Shown here: one piece after another, positions 25,600 through 38,797 of the stretch
How positions within the stretch are numbered: the first letter of the stretch is position 1
Layout of the letters: each line of letters opens with the position of its first letter
NCBI RefSeq assembly: GCF_006345805.1
Contig: NC_043002.1
Coordinates: forward strand, 42,470,001-42,534,000
Origin: Octopus sinensis
Taxonomy: Eukaryota
DNA: 64,000 bases
Direction: 5' to 3'
Notes under the pieces: generated by a model
What the model saw: the letters and a program-made list of their open reading frames with translations, nothing else
Told to the model about the DNA's origin: nothing
The model's database searches: none
Program-made: the position numbers and the translations under genes

Positions 25600-26003
25600 G
25601 GTGCAGGAGTGGCTGTGTGGTCAGTAGCTTGCTTACCAACCACATGGTTCTGGGTTCAGTCCCAGTGCATGGCACTTTGGGGAAGTGTCTTCTATTATAG
25701 CCTCAGGCCAACCAAAGCCTTGTGAATGGATTTGGTAGACGGAAACTGAAAGAAGCCCATCGTATATATGTATATATATATATATATATGTGTTTATGTG
25801 TCTGTGTTTGTCCCCCCCAACATCGCTTGACAACCGATGCTGGTGTGTTTACATCCCCATAACTTAGCAGTTCAGCAAAAGAGATCGATAGAATAAGTAC
25901 TAGGCTTACAAAGAATAAGTCCTGGTGTCGATTTGCTCGACTAAAGGTGGTGCTCCAGCATGGCCGCAGTCAAATGACTGAAACAAGTAAAAAGAGTAAA
26001 GAG
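25600..26003 (+). mobile_element. Full-length tRNA-derived SINE (family A)
   Basis: A-box-like tggctgtgtgg, B-box-like ggttcagtccc, central (TA)n and 3' gactgaaacaagtaaaa(a)gag. Highly similar to the copies at 33.3, 57.5 and 58.4 kb. Confidence 0.88.
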
Positions 26004-26314
26004 TATAGTAACACGACCTGAAAACTGCAGACTTCTGTTTCACAACCACACATACCATTTAATCATCATTATCATCGTTTTAACGTTCACTTTTCCATGT
26101 TCACAAGGGTTTGATGGAATTTCAGGCAGATTTTTTTACATCCCTTCCTGTTGCCAATCATCAGCTCTTTCCAAATAATGTAATATTTCTCCATAATCAG
26201 GTATGTTTTTCAGAAGATTGGTCATGAAGGACATTACTTGCATGATGGTAGTAACACTTGTTTACTATGATCACATAATGTTAAGGTGAGACGACAGTGA
26301 CACACACACAAAAT

Positions 26315-26426
26315 GGGCTTCTTTCAGTTTCTACATACCAAATCTACTCAAGGCTTTTGTTGGCCCGGAGCTATAGTAGAAGACAGTGTGACTGAACCCA
26401 GAACCATATTGTTGGAAAGCAAACTA
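26315..26426 (-). mobile_element. Partial SINE family A copy, inverted relative to 25600-26003
   Basis: gggcttctttcagtttc...gctatagtagaagaca...gactgaacccagaaccat is the reverse complement of the SINE 5' half. Confidence 0.7.
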
Positions 26427-26789
26427 ATCAATTATTAAATTTTTTTTTTTTTTTACATCTAGTAATCAAACATGCTAGAAGAAAATCTCAAATCACACTG
26501 AATTTCCTTCAGTTTGGAACTTATTTGCTCAGAGCTCTACATAATCAGGGGTGGCTTCAGCTAAACAATGCCCAAACTTCAGTGCAAGTTGAACATCGAG
26601 CAGTCGCTGTGTATTGAAATTATAAGAATAGATACTAATACGCTAATGAGTTTGTGTTTGGTTTTGATAGCTTTTTTAGTTTAAACACAACTAAATTATT
26701 ACCAACTAGCTGGCCCCATGCCTTCAAAAATGACAGCTAATTGTAGTATTTTATATGTAAATAAAGTAAAAAATAAGGTACATAGTAAT

Positions 26790-27500
26790 CAAACAAACAT
26801 TCACATCCCTTGCACACACATATACACATATACTCACACAGAATTGAAACACTGTTTGACTTTTATTTTCAGTGTTGAATGTTCACCATCCCTCTTCCAT
26901 TGCATACACAAACATTCACATGACTCCCTTTTACATACACAAACATATACTCATGCAGAGTTGAAACGCTGTTTGATTTCTTTTTTTCGCAATAGAACTT
27001 CCATCATCCTACTACCAAGATTGCCATCACCCCTTCCTTCCTTATTCATCTGTCACCCCTTCCTTTCTCATTCACATGTTGTGACAGAGAAAGACACAAG
27101 AGTATTATTTTTATAGATAAGGTATATAATAATCACACAAACATTCACATACTTCGCTTGTACGCGCACACTCATATGCTCAGAGTTGAAATGCTATTTG
27201 ATTTTTCCTTTCACAGTTGAATGTTCACTCACACATACAAACATTCACATTTTGCCATCATCCTTCCTTCCTTATTCATCTATCATCCCTTCCTTTCTCA
27301 TTCATGTTGTGACTGAGAAAAATACAAGAGTACAAGTGTCTATTATAAATCACCATCCCACTTCCATTGCATGCGCACACACACACACACCTCATTTTTT
27401 ACATACACGCATGCATATACTCACACAGAGTTGAAACACTGATTGATTTTATTTTTCACCCCTTCCTTTCTCATTCATATGTTGTGGTGGAGAGACACAA
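26790..27500. repeat. Degenerate tandem/segmental repeat, irregular units
   Basis: ttgaaa.rctgtttga-like, acaaacattcacat and ccttcctttct(c)attca...tgttgtga motifs each recur 3-4 times. Confidence 0.65.
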
Positions 27501-27666
27501 GAATATTATTATAGTAGATTCTTTGTAATATTACAAAAAGAACCCACATGTTCACACATTCTACAACAAAACCTCTTACATGTACATACACACACTTGTC
27601 TAGATTTCCTAACCCACGGCGATGGCAAATATGAAACTGATACTGTATTTAAATCTTCAAATTTTA

Positions 27667-27715
<49 letters not shown>

Positions 27716-27724
27716 TACACACGA

Positions 27725-28050
27725 GTGTGTAGTGGGACATAGTCCTTAAACACTGAGGATGTGTGGAAACTAGAAAAAAAAATGAAGTAAGCATGCTTCA
27801 CTGGATATATAATATTAGTGTGCATGACAGTATTAAAGAGCTGAGAGAAAAACTGGATGTAAGAGGAATTGAATGTAATGTGCAAGAGAGAAGACTGCAA
27901 TAGCATGACCATGTGATACGATCACCACATAAAGAAGTGCTACATTCTCAAAATGAATGATACCTGTGAAAGACCTGGGACAAATTAGTGAAAACTGATC
28001 TCAAGAGGTTGCATCTCATGGAGAGATGATCATGGCCTGTTTTAATTGGT
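27725..28050 (+). mobile_element. Old RTE LINE 3' ORF fragment
   Basis: Broken frames give LNTEDVWKLEK, EVSMLHWIYNISVHD, LREKLDVRGIECNVQERRL and KTWDKLVKTDL, homologous to ORF 53159-53761. Confidence 0.65.
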
Positions 28051-31000
28051 AATTTGTGATGTGACCAACAAAGCAAGAACGGTGATTCAAAAGTCACAAA
28101 AAGTGGTAGTTCTGTAAATTTAGATATATGCACCATTAAGTCTACTGTTGCTGCTCACACTTTGTCACCCTCTAATTTCTTCATCACTCACTTTCCTATC
28201 ACCCTTCCTACACTCTGTTCCTCCATCATCCCTCTCTTCACTCAGCCTGTATCATCCCTCTCTTCACTTGGCCTCTATCACTCAAGCTGGCCCATCTCAA
28301 AGTCTGTTTTATAGGAGACTACATTGGACCACATACACTCAATACATTCTACCTCTTCTTCCCCTTCTGTACTGCCTGTCATCTGTTTGCTATCATTCTT
28401 TTGCACTTTTACTTCAACGCATTCAGATCCCTGTCGTTGCTCCTATCTCCAGGAACACATATGCCTTCTATTATCCTTTCTTGGCTATGTTGCCACTCTC
28501 TTTCTGCCATCATACTCTTGCTCCTTATCTTCCTCACATCCCAGATCTCTGTCATCTTTTTGCCTTTTGTCATTTCCTTACCTGCCTAGCCAAGTTGCCT
28601 TGATTACACATGTACATCTCAATAAACTGACTACAACCCATTTTGAAATCTATATACAAAATCCTACACTGAACTGAATCTGCCAGTATGCTCTACTTTC
28701 AATCACCCTTCTTATTCTGCCTGTCATCACTCTGCTTGGCTCCTTTTGCTATCATACTTTTGCTCCTTTTCTTCTTCACATCTGTATCTAATATTGCTCT
28801 TATCTCCTGGAACACATTGCCTTATATTATTCTCTATCTACTTAGCTATGCTGTCTCAGAATGTACCTGTCTTAGAATACGAAGTGCCTTTATCACCCAA
28901 TCCCTATATCATGCATCCCTTTTAACACCATCGTTTATGCCTCTATCAGCCACACCTCTGACTTTTTAAAGAGGTTGCTGACTCTTTAAAGAGGTTGTGC
29001 AGTTCTGAGCTCCTGTCAGGCATGTTGTGGACATGGATATCTCTCTAGTGTTGTGGACATGGATATCTCTCAGTATACTCATAAAAGTGCATAGTTACCT
29101 TGTCAAGGACATGACTCAATTTTAGTGTTGGTGCCAAGAAAAGTAGTGCAATACATTCTGTAAAGTGGTTTGTGTTTGGAAAGGCATCCAACCATTGAAA
29201 CTGAATCAAAAATGAAATGCATTAGTAAGATGTGGTTCTCCAATTCATCTAGGTAAGCAGTTCACTTGAATACATACTGAATATGTACTTATTCTGATCA
29301 GAGTAAGCCATCCAACCGCTATCATCATGGAAAGTTGGCAATAAACAATGACAATAATGATAGTGTGTGTGTGTGTGTGTGTGTGTGTGTTAGTGTTAGA
29401 AGTGGATGGTTCTCAACTGCAAGAGAATGGCATAAATGAATAGATGGTGGAATGAACTAACTATATGTTGTATGTTTAGCATTACTTTGAGGGTCTGATC
29501 TCGTGTTCATTGTGTTGTGCACCAAAAGTTAGTAATCATTGTATATAAAAGGTAATCATTGTTGAATGGAAATGAAATATGTATGTTAGATGAAAAGATA
29601 TTATTTGCTGATGTTAGACTGAGTTTAAGCAAATCCACTATAATTGTAAGCAGCCAGTAATTATTGTAGTCCAGTGAACTTGGTTCGCTTTGCTTGGAAA
29701 GACCTCTAGCATAGCAGTATCTGATTAAATAAGCCATTCAAATAACTTTTCTCTCTCTCTCTCTCTCTCTCTCTGTTTTTTTTTTTCCACATTATCATTC
29801 TTTATTGCTGTTGTTTAACCCGTGTCAGTTCTGAGATCAAATTGGCTCCTAATCAGATATTCCAGCCATGGCCATTCTCCTTCTTATAGTGCATTTAGAA
29901 CTACATTATTCACTGTGCCCAGTTTTGAAGACAATAGGATGACTTGAATGTAACTTGACTACTACTACTAGCAGTTTGAGTGATCGTGTAGAAGCTTCCT
30001 CTCGTTGGTTTGCATCACTCTTTATTGTTAGATATGCTATCATATCATAAGATGTAGAATTTCTGGTCTCATTTTGAAGATGGTTAAAAATTTGTGAAAA
30101 TTAATTTTAGCTGCTACATTGTGAAAGTGACACAACTATATAGCAATTCATTTATTAGTTCAATGCAGTGGTAGTGATTGGGGAGTGTTCACAAAAATTT
30201 GAATTTAGATCTCGAATATAAGGCACAGCAGGTAAGATAAAAACAGCTGCAGATATTAAGCTGCTATAAATTAAGCAAAAATCTACTTCATCCGTGACAA
30301 CATGGTTAAATGGACACTAACCTAAGAAGTGTGATGATAGTGATTCTGTTTTTAAACTCTTGAACTTTGATTGACCTTTTCATGTCTAAAGTTATTTCTG
30401 TTATAATCTGTCAGCTGTTATGCTACCACTGTTTTAAATGCAGATTGATACATGCATTCTGATCCTTCATTCATAGTTCATCATTGAAGCAGTTGGATGT
30501 ACTGATGATGATTGACAACCATGCAAAACAGCTTAATAATAATGTTAGTGGTAGTGGTGGTGATGATGATAATGTAAAAAAAAAAAAAAGTGGGGGGAAT
30601 ATTTTCACCAGAACGCACAGCTGTTACTTTTATATTTTTATGTAACTATCATTCTTAGATCACTTAGCAGTGGGGAAAAACACTAGAGAAGGCAAATGAT
30701 CAATCAATAAAATGCATATTTCTGCCATGAATGCAACTTGTTTGAATAAAAGACCATCTTCTTTAGACTACATGAATGTACATGTGTATGCACATACAAT
30801 ATACCAAGTGGGATGGAGGAGAAAGTGTTAAACTTAGCATGCTAATGTTATTTCTTCTTCAATTTCTATGTTTTAAATTGAAAGTGGTTATAATATTTTG
30901 AAGTAGTGAAGGAATTTTTTTCACAAGTGAAAAAAAATATATTGCAAAATTTTCACTTTAAGGCTTCTGGCTAACATGTTAGTTGATATAAAAATAACAT

Positions 31001-31394
31001 TTTTCATTATTGATATTTTTCCATATTTTTTTTTATGGAGCTGTCCTCTATTTATGTTTTATTTTAATAAAGTAATAATAATGTTATTTCTTAACATTTT
31101 AAACTTTAATATACTAATTTTAAAAATCAAATTGCAGTAAGGAATATATTTACTGTGTGTTTGCACATGTGTGTGTGTGAGTTAATACCCCAGAGGAAAT
31201 TATTTTTGAAGGATTCTTTAGTTGTGTGTGTGTAATATTATAGGTTATAATTGGAATGCTAGGTTTCCAATATATATATAAATATATTTATTTATATATA
31301 CTTAAATTAGACTTTAAGATATAGGATTCTCATACTTTCATCAATGTACACATGAATAAATCTGTTTATTTATATATTCATACTTTTTTTTCAG

Positions 31395-31443
31395 ACATCT
31401 GTAAAGTGCCTAGAAGCAGGCTGTAACAATTTCTATTCAAAAC
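31395..31443 (+). CDS. Coding exon B (49 nt): TSVKCLEAGCNNFYSK, supplies RING ligands 7-8
   Basis: tttttttcag| acceptor and C|GTATGT donor. Phase 0 to 1 fits both neighbours. The C-x4-C completes the RING begun in exon A. Confidence 0.85.
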
Positions 31444-32853
31444 GTATGTATATTCTCTCTCCCTCTCTCTTTCTCTTTCCTTGCAGCAGTTTATTTGTTT
31501 TAACATAGTTTTCTTTTTCTTTTTCTTTTTTTTATGAAGCATTACTTTTTTTTTATATGATTATTGAAATTTATAATGATAGGAAGCCCCAAAGGGTCCA
31601 AGATAACATGTAGTTAACAATCATTTCCAGAAGCAGTATTCTTAGCAAGAATTTAGGAATATTGAGTTTACTTGCTCATCTTCACCCATTCCATTAAGGA
31701 AATTATTATGAGTGCACAAATAGAGATGTTCTAGTGTTGTTTACCTAGAGCAACAAATTGGCAGTCATTCGAATGTCTGCTAGAAAACCTTGTGGTATTT
31801 ATTTTGGCCCTCTGCACTTCGACTTCAAATCCTGCCATGGTCAATTTAGTATTTTATCTTTCTGGGGTTATAAAATAAAGTACTAAATACTGGGGTCAAT
31901 TCCTCATCTCTCTCTGAATTGACTACACTATACCATGAAAAGGGTCATGGAAAACTTCTTACACCATCCCTTTCTTTAGAAATGGATGAGCTGAGTAAGG
32001 GGCTAAGTAACCTCTTCCTATAGAAAAGCTGCCATGGAACAGAAATATATGTAATTTAAAGTTTAGTTGTTCACAATAACTGCATTATTCTATGCTTAAT
32101 TATTAAATTTTCAATAGTATGTATTAAGCTCATTATCCAAAATAGATAAAGCAAATTTCACTATTTCACTAAAATTTGGTCAATAAAAAAGAAATTGTAT
32201 GCAAGGTGGTTAAGCAAATAAATTGAACTATGTAAACAAAGGAGTTTATGTTGGTATGGATATATAAAAATGTATGTAAATTGAGAAAGTGCTAGATAAG
32301 AACAAAGAAAGAAAAATCAAAATATTGGATTCAAAACTGTAAAAGATGCTTATGCCATTGTAGATCCACTCAAATCCATATCAAGAAAACAAAATATATA
32401 TTTCAATTTATTAAATGTAACAGAGAATTTTGTGACTGGTAGTTTTAGAACTGGTCACATGTGGATACAAATTTTATTTCAAATAGTAACTGTACAAAAC
32501 ACTACACTGTATTTTATTTTTATATGATTTTAGTCACAAAGAAGGGAATATGCTTACAACTTTCACAGGCCCTCTAAGACTAGTGAGATTGGCACAAATG
32601 ATGGTAAGCTTGATCAGCTATAAGTTTACAACAGCAAAGAAAATATGTGCTATGAAGGAGATAGCAGACATTTAATATTTGGGAAGGAAGGATTTAGTCA
32701 TGGTGGTTAGTGTAGGGTCTGGGAAGTGAGACATAGAACAGATGAGAGGGAAAGCAGTTATTCTATCTAGTGAGCTGGGGTGGAAGTAATATGCAACCAC
32801 ACAATCTCTCCTTTCTCTGATTTATTATTTTTCCTTTCCATTCTATTTTCCAG

Positions 32854-33086
32854 ATGAACTGAGGCGTTGTTTGCCTGCAATGATAGTGGATATTCTTGAA
32901 GAAGTTCTTGAACAATATTATGTTGATTTCATAACAAATATGCTAATGAAATCCTATTCTCCAAGTGATACCTCTGTGGGGCCTGATAATGAAATGACTG
33001 TAGGAGAACTTGAACGTCCTCGAAAGCGGTTAGCAATCAGTTATGATAGCTTACCCGAAAACTGGGTTGAAATGGAATCAAAATTT
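32854..33086 (+). CDS. Coding exon C: post-RING helix (HELRRCLPAMI...) and linker to the pre-catalytic LPENWVEM motif
   Basis: ctattttccag| acceptor and TTT|GTAAGT donor. Overlaps ORF 32871-33098. Phase 1 to 0. Confidence 0.88.
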
Positions 33087-33322
33087 GTAAGTATTTGAAG
33101 AAATAAAACGCAAAAATATTTTTCTGACATTCAATAGTTGAAAACTTTAACCAATCGTTTCTTAAAACTTGTTCTTCATTTGAAATATTTAAAGCACATT
33201 CAGTTATTTATAGCCACCCAGTACCACTTAATTTTCATCTTTTATCAAATAGATTGGTTGTGTAAATTTATGAAATATAGCATGAATTAAGTAACCATTT
33301 TTATATATAAGTGTTCACAACA

Positions 33323-33702
33323 GACGTAGGAGTGGCTGTGTGGTAAGTACCTTGCTTACGAACCATATGGTTCTGGGTTCAGTCCCACTGCATGGCACCT
33401 TGGGCAAGTGTCTTCTACTATAGCCTCGGGCCAACCAAAGCCTTGTGAGTGGACTTGGTAGTCGGAAACTGAAAGAAGCCTGTCGTATATATGTATATAT
33501 ATATATATATGTGTGTGTATGTTTCTGTGTCTGTATTTGTTCCCCCAACATCACTTGGCAACCGATGCTGGTGTGTTTACATCCCCGTAACTTTGCGGTT
33601 AGGCTTACAAAGAATAAGTCCTGGGGTCGATTTGCTCGACTAAAGGCGGTGCTCCAGCACAGCCACAGTCAAATGACTGAAACAAGTAAAAGAGTAAAGA
33701 GT
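33323..33702 (+). mobile_element. tRNA-derived SINE (family A) with an internal ~30-bp deletion
   Basis: Same sequence as 58404-58788 but lacks the cggcaaaagagaccgatagaataagtact segment. Confidence 0.88.
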
Positions 33703-34130
33703 AACAAATCCCTTCAGCCATGATTTACTTGTCTTGGATTCTACTGTATGACTACTTCTTAGAGAATCAAAGTTTGTTTTATGTTGCAAGTATAAAAATG
33801 ACACTATGGTTAAATTGTTGTCCTCAACAGAAGCTGATTCCCTACAAACTTTGAGCAGCTTTTTAAAATTGTGTTGATTTTTGTAAATCATAATACATGG
33901 CAGTAAGAATTAAAATTTTCATGCGGTAAAGATAAAGGGGGGAAAAAACATTAGCTCAGTGACTGGTGCAATTAGTCATTGAGCTAATATTGTCTTTCCT
34001 CACTGCATAATTATTTTTAATTTGCTTCATGTTAGCACTAACTTAACTATTGTTTTTCATGCAGATGGTCTCTTAGTTATATATTTCTTTAAAGAAATAA
34101 CTGTAATAACTGTTCCTTTTGTTTTTTCAG

Positions 34131-34276
34131 AGTAATCAGCTATTCGTTCTGGATTCTGATTCTCAAGAATATGTCAATGTGTCTAGAATGTTTTTGTCTT
34201 CAATGCATTATCCAGCCACTGAAATAGTACGAATCTCTCGAATCCAAAATCCTATTTTATGGAAATATTACTGCTT
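34131..34276 (+). CDS. Coding exon D: start of PARP catalytic domain (SQEYVNVSRMF...IVRISRIQNPILWKYY)
   Basis: gttttttcag| acceptor and TT|GTAAGT donor. Typical EY..V...F and I.RIQN..LW..Y pattern of PARP7/11/12/14-type domains. Confidence 0.9.
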
Positions 34277-35269
34277 GTAAGTATTATTTTTGTAAACTGG
34301 TTATAAAATAAAGTACAAATTGCCTGTGTGAAGAAGAACCTTAATGTTCGTGTCAGTAGACGCCACACTCTCTCACTGTGTGTGTATGTTGGTTTCAACG
34401 CTGATTTCAATGAGCTGATCGAAGAATCGCTTTTTCCTTAGCTATCTGACCAATAACGATGGGATAGTTGTTGCAGGAGTTCTGTTTTAAAATTTGTGAC
34501 TTTCTACTGTGTTCATATTTTAAAGTTACTAGATAGTTAATCAAACCAAATTTGGTTGTTACATTTAGCAGATCAAACACTCATCTAGAAATTTCGCTCT
34601 ATGATGTGGATACATTCCTAAAACTAGATCCTAAAGACAAAGCTGCTGCTGCTTTTTGTAACCAGAGTATTGTTCAGCTCTGGTTAATCTACTGACTCTC
34701 TCAAAAGCTTGAGTGAGGCTCATGTATTTTGGATGGCACTGATACTATATACAAAGTTCTTAAATCTCATTCAAAAGAATAAAGAAAGGTGTATGATTAA
34801 TTGACAGATATTTACTGATGAACTGGTTAAGAAATGGTTTTAAGTATATACTCTGAAGAAAACAAAGATGTTTTTTCTCTCTTCTGTAATATTTAGAGGA
34901 GAATGTAGGTATTGAGTAGGAATAAACATTATTTTTAATTTTTTTTTCTTACAATAGTGATTCTGGTACTTCTGTTTCTTCTATTTCTCATTTGAACATG
35001 TTTGGGATTGGTTTAACAAGTGTGAATATTTGCAATTGTTTGAACAGATGATTTATTGTTAGTCTTTTTGACACCAATCAGTTAGTAGCAAAACTAAAGT
35101 GAGTTACCTTGACTGTTGCAAAGAAATGAAAGATGTTTACTATGGCTTGATTAACACTGAGAATAAGGTTAGATTTTATGGCATGTCCCTTAACGTTTTT
35201 ATGCCAATCAAGTTTAACCTGAAAGATTCAAATATTGTTCCTTTTATTATTTTATTCAATATGGTTGCT

Positions 35270-36600
35270 GGCGCTGCATAAGAACACCCAGTAAACTTTG
35301 TAAAGTGGTTGGTGTTGAGGACATTCAGCCAAACAAATCATGCCAAAACAAACATGAAACCTAGGTAGCTCATCAGCTGACCAGCTTCTGTTAAACCATC
35401 CAACTCATGCCAGCGTGGAAAACGGACATTAAATGATGATAATGATAATTATTTTCTCTACTATTTGCAAAAAACAAAAAAAAAAAACTTTTTCTTTTTC
35501 ATTTTACAGAAAAAAACGTGAGATGGTACAAGAGAACGATGGTCTTAATGTTGAAGAAAGACAACTATTCCATGGTACAAAAAGCAAAGTGGTTGAACCT
35601 ATATGTCGTAAGGGATTTGACTGGAGGCTCTGTGGAAAACATGGTACTGTTTATGGACATGGTAAGTAGCTTTTATTGTGTGCTGCATTATAACTTTTAT
35701 CTAAATAACATAAAAAGTAGGAGACATGAAATATGTCAAAAAGGATTCAGAAAAATTAATTTTTTATACCCAAAGAATGGTTTGAACATTGTTTAAACCC
35801 TTTTATTTAATCTACTCAATTGAAGGCATCGTGTTTGTCCAGTACAATTTGATTGAAAAAAAAATGAAATTTTTTTGTTTAAAAATATTGGTCCATTGAT
35901 TTTCTCATCTAAAAATTTCTACAAAAGACACACACACACACAATGTCATGAGAAATTACTAAGCATATTCTGAAAAGTGGTTAGTATTGGGAAAGGTAGA
36001 AACCATGCCAAAGCAGACATAGCAGTATGATGTAGTCCTCCAACTTGTTGATCCATCCAACCCATGCCAATATGGAGAGTAGGCATTGATTGACAATGAT
36101 GATAATGATCATCATCATCATTGATTTTATGTCTACCCTTCCATGCTGGTAGGACTTTTTGAGGATTACAACTCTATTAGTCACCCCTTACAACATGCTG
36201 GTATGTTGTGCATATTCAGTAAGGTGATTAGCATTGAGACGGGTATTCAGTTGTAGAATAGTATCTATTCTAAAAATTGGGATACAATTACCAGATGAGG
36301 TTTGAGCCTGGTGCAGCCTCCTGGCTTGCCAGTTCCCAGTCAAACCGTGCAACCTATGCCAGCATGAAAAACAGATGTTAAACAATGATGATGACAATCA
36401 TAGATGCACACACATGTACAGTGGGTTGTTACACTGTTTCTTTCAACCAAATTTTATTTACAAGGCATTGATTAGAAGGGTATCCAACTTTAGAAACCAT
36501 GCCAAAACAGACAACAGAGCTTGGCACAGTCCTCCAGCTTGCCAGCTCTAGTTAAATCATCCAACCCAGCATAGAGAACAAACATTAAATGACGACGATT
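35270..36600. mobile_element. Cluster of short RTE-3'-tail-derived interspersed repeats
   Basis: At least four degenerate copies (about 35270-35445, 35980-36150, 36230-36400, 36470-36600) of the ...ccatccaacccatgccagcatggaaa...ttaaatgatgat tail. Further copies at about 11220, 26060, 29180 and 46430. Confidence 0.6.
35510..35661 (+). CDS. Coding exon E: PARP NAD-binding His motif and D-loop (ERQLFHGT...ICRKGFDWRLCGKHGTVYGH)
   Basis: attttacag| acceptor and G|GTAAGT donor. His at 35571-35573. Overlaps ORF 35433-35669. Confidence 0.93.
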
Positions 36601-38797
36601 ATTGGTCCCCCAAAGTCTATGTTAGAAAACACTTGCAAAAGACGCACATATAGTTGCCAAGCAAACTGTATCCTTTTAGAATTTACTTATCATATCCTTC
36701 GTGTCATTTTTATCACATCCCTAAATAGAATGAAAAGCTAATTTGATTTGTGTAGGATTTGAACTGGAAGATAGAATACCATAAAATGTTTATTTTGGTG
36801 TTTATCTCTTCAGAAACTTACTATAAAAATGCATTTTATAATATATAATAATTGGTCATTAAAACATTCTGGTGCTAGAGATTGTGTTGCTGGCACTACA
36901 ATACTACCTGCTCTGCTGTGGCTTCCTCAAAATATAACTATCCCTCTTATGAGATCATTCTCTCACCTTAACAGACATTAAAACATGTTACTTTAAATTG
37001 AAAACTCTGAGATTTGTCTCCCTTGTATACATTAACATTCTCCAGTGACAGCTCTTTTATAATAATGAAAATACAGTATTTTCAATTCTGGTCATTTTTC
37101 ATCACCCCACATCAATAGCAACAGTGCTTAATCTAATTTTCCACAATGCTACATTCATAAACCATGAATTGAAAAATTCCTTTTATGGTAGATTCCAAAA
37201 TTATTGAAATATCTTCAAAATGCTGGGTATCTATCTTCCATATTGGACTCACCGAATTAGGAAGCTTTTAGTGCCAAAAGTGGACCATCTCTATTATTAT
37301 TTGAAACTGCCCACAAAGTCTTCAAAATTCACTATGAAAACAGCGATTGAAGCCTTAAGGCCTAATGTTAATTAATTTACGTTATCTATGAATTTTTGAA
37401 AATTAACCTGCATTATTGTTCTCAACATAGATGCATCCCTATAGGTTCTTATGTATTTCATTTCACTCCAGTTATTTATATACTTCCCCACTCTTGCTCT
37501 ACACAGTCGTTTCAGTTGCTAGATATAACACCCAAATCACCTTCAAATAATACCTTATCTGAACAAAGAAAAGACATGTTGGGTCAAGCAGTTATAAATT
37601 TAGAAATATAACTAGATGGCAAGTTCTAGAATGCATGTAATCATAGATTTGCTTAATCAGAGATGACTAATGGTTAAGTAACAACTGAGATAATATTCCT
37701 TACTATAAAACAGTGGTTCCCAAACTGGGGTCCACAAAAGTAGCACTGGGGGTTCTGTGAACTAAATTCAAAATTTCATATATATATATATATATATATA
37801 TGTACACTCACACACACACACAAGCATATTAAAAGAGTATTTTCAAAATGCAAAAACATTTTCATTTAATCAACCAAAATCAATAACCTTGGGAGATCAT
37901 AGGTGCACAACCTAATTCTGCTGTCATCATGCTGTTCTAAGAAACCAATAATCTTATGGTGCTTGTCTCCTCTCCCACTTCAGCTGGCCATTAGTTTCTC
38001 AGTGGGAAGCTCTTTTACATTTTGATAGATTTTAGCTTTAGTCCATGCCAGATCCCATACACTCTCCTCACCCAGTATATTTGTTGGGATTGTTTTAGTT
38101 ACCAACCACTTAACAAACTATACTGTGTTACATAATAATTACGAAGTGGGTGACCTCAAAAGAGAATAATACCAAATACATATTGCTTTTAAAAAGTGGA
38201 TCATGTTATATCAAATCCTAATAGCTACAAGTCCATTTAAATATTTCAACACTATACAAAATATGCCTCAGAGTGTAAGTGAAAGGAAGAGTGTCCAAAA
38301 AGAGTTTATTATAAATGCAAACACCAATTCCTAACAGACGCATTATAAATATTAGATAGTACAAGATAACTCCACGAAGAAGAGAACTACCCTAATATCA
38401 GCATTGTTTGATTGAATGAAAATGTACTATAGTATATCCCTGACTAAATTTTAACTGCCTCCAGGTTTTAAATCAACATATTAGATTTTGTTAAACCTTA
38501 TTACTTAATTAGTATAGCAGATGTAATGATCATATCTATGTTATGCAAATGTCTCAAGAGATCAGACTTATCAAGTTATGTACACTACATGTACTAAAGA
38601 ATTTGTAGTGTTGCTTTAGCCAACTGAACTGCTGTAAAAATTATAATTAGCTTACAAAAAGAGTGTGTTCAGGTTCCTATATCAAGTGAAATAATGTAAC
38701 TATCATACTATTTAATAATGTAATTATTATTTTTACCATACCTTATCAATCACTACTACAATTTACTTAAGTAAACTTAGGCCATAATTTAAATTGG

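Noticed and set aside
28150-28950. Overlapping Leu/Ser-rich ORFs (28148-28969)
   Set aside because: Pyrimidine-rich low-complexity DNA with an internal partial duplication, and no domain or splice support.
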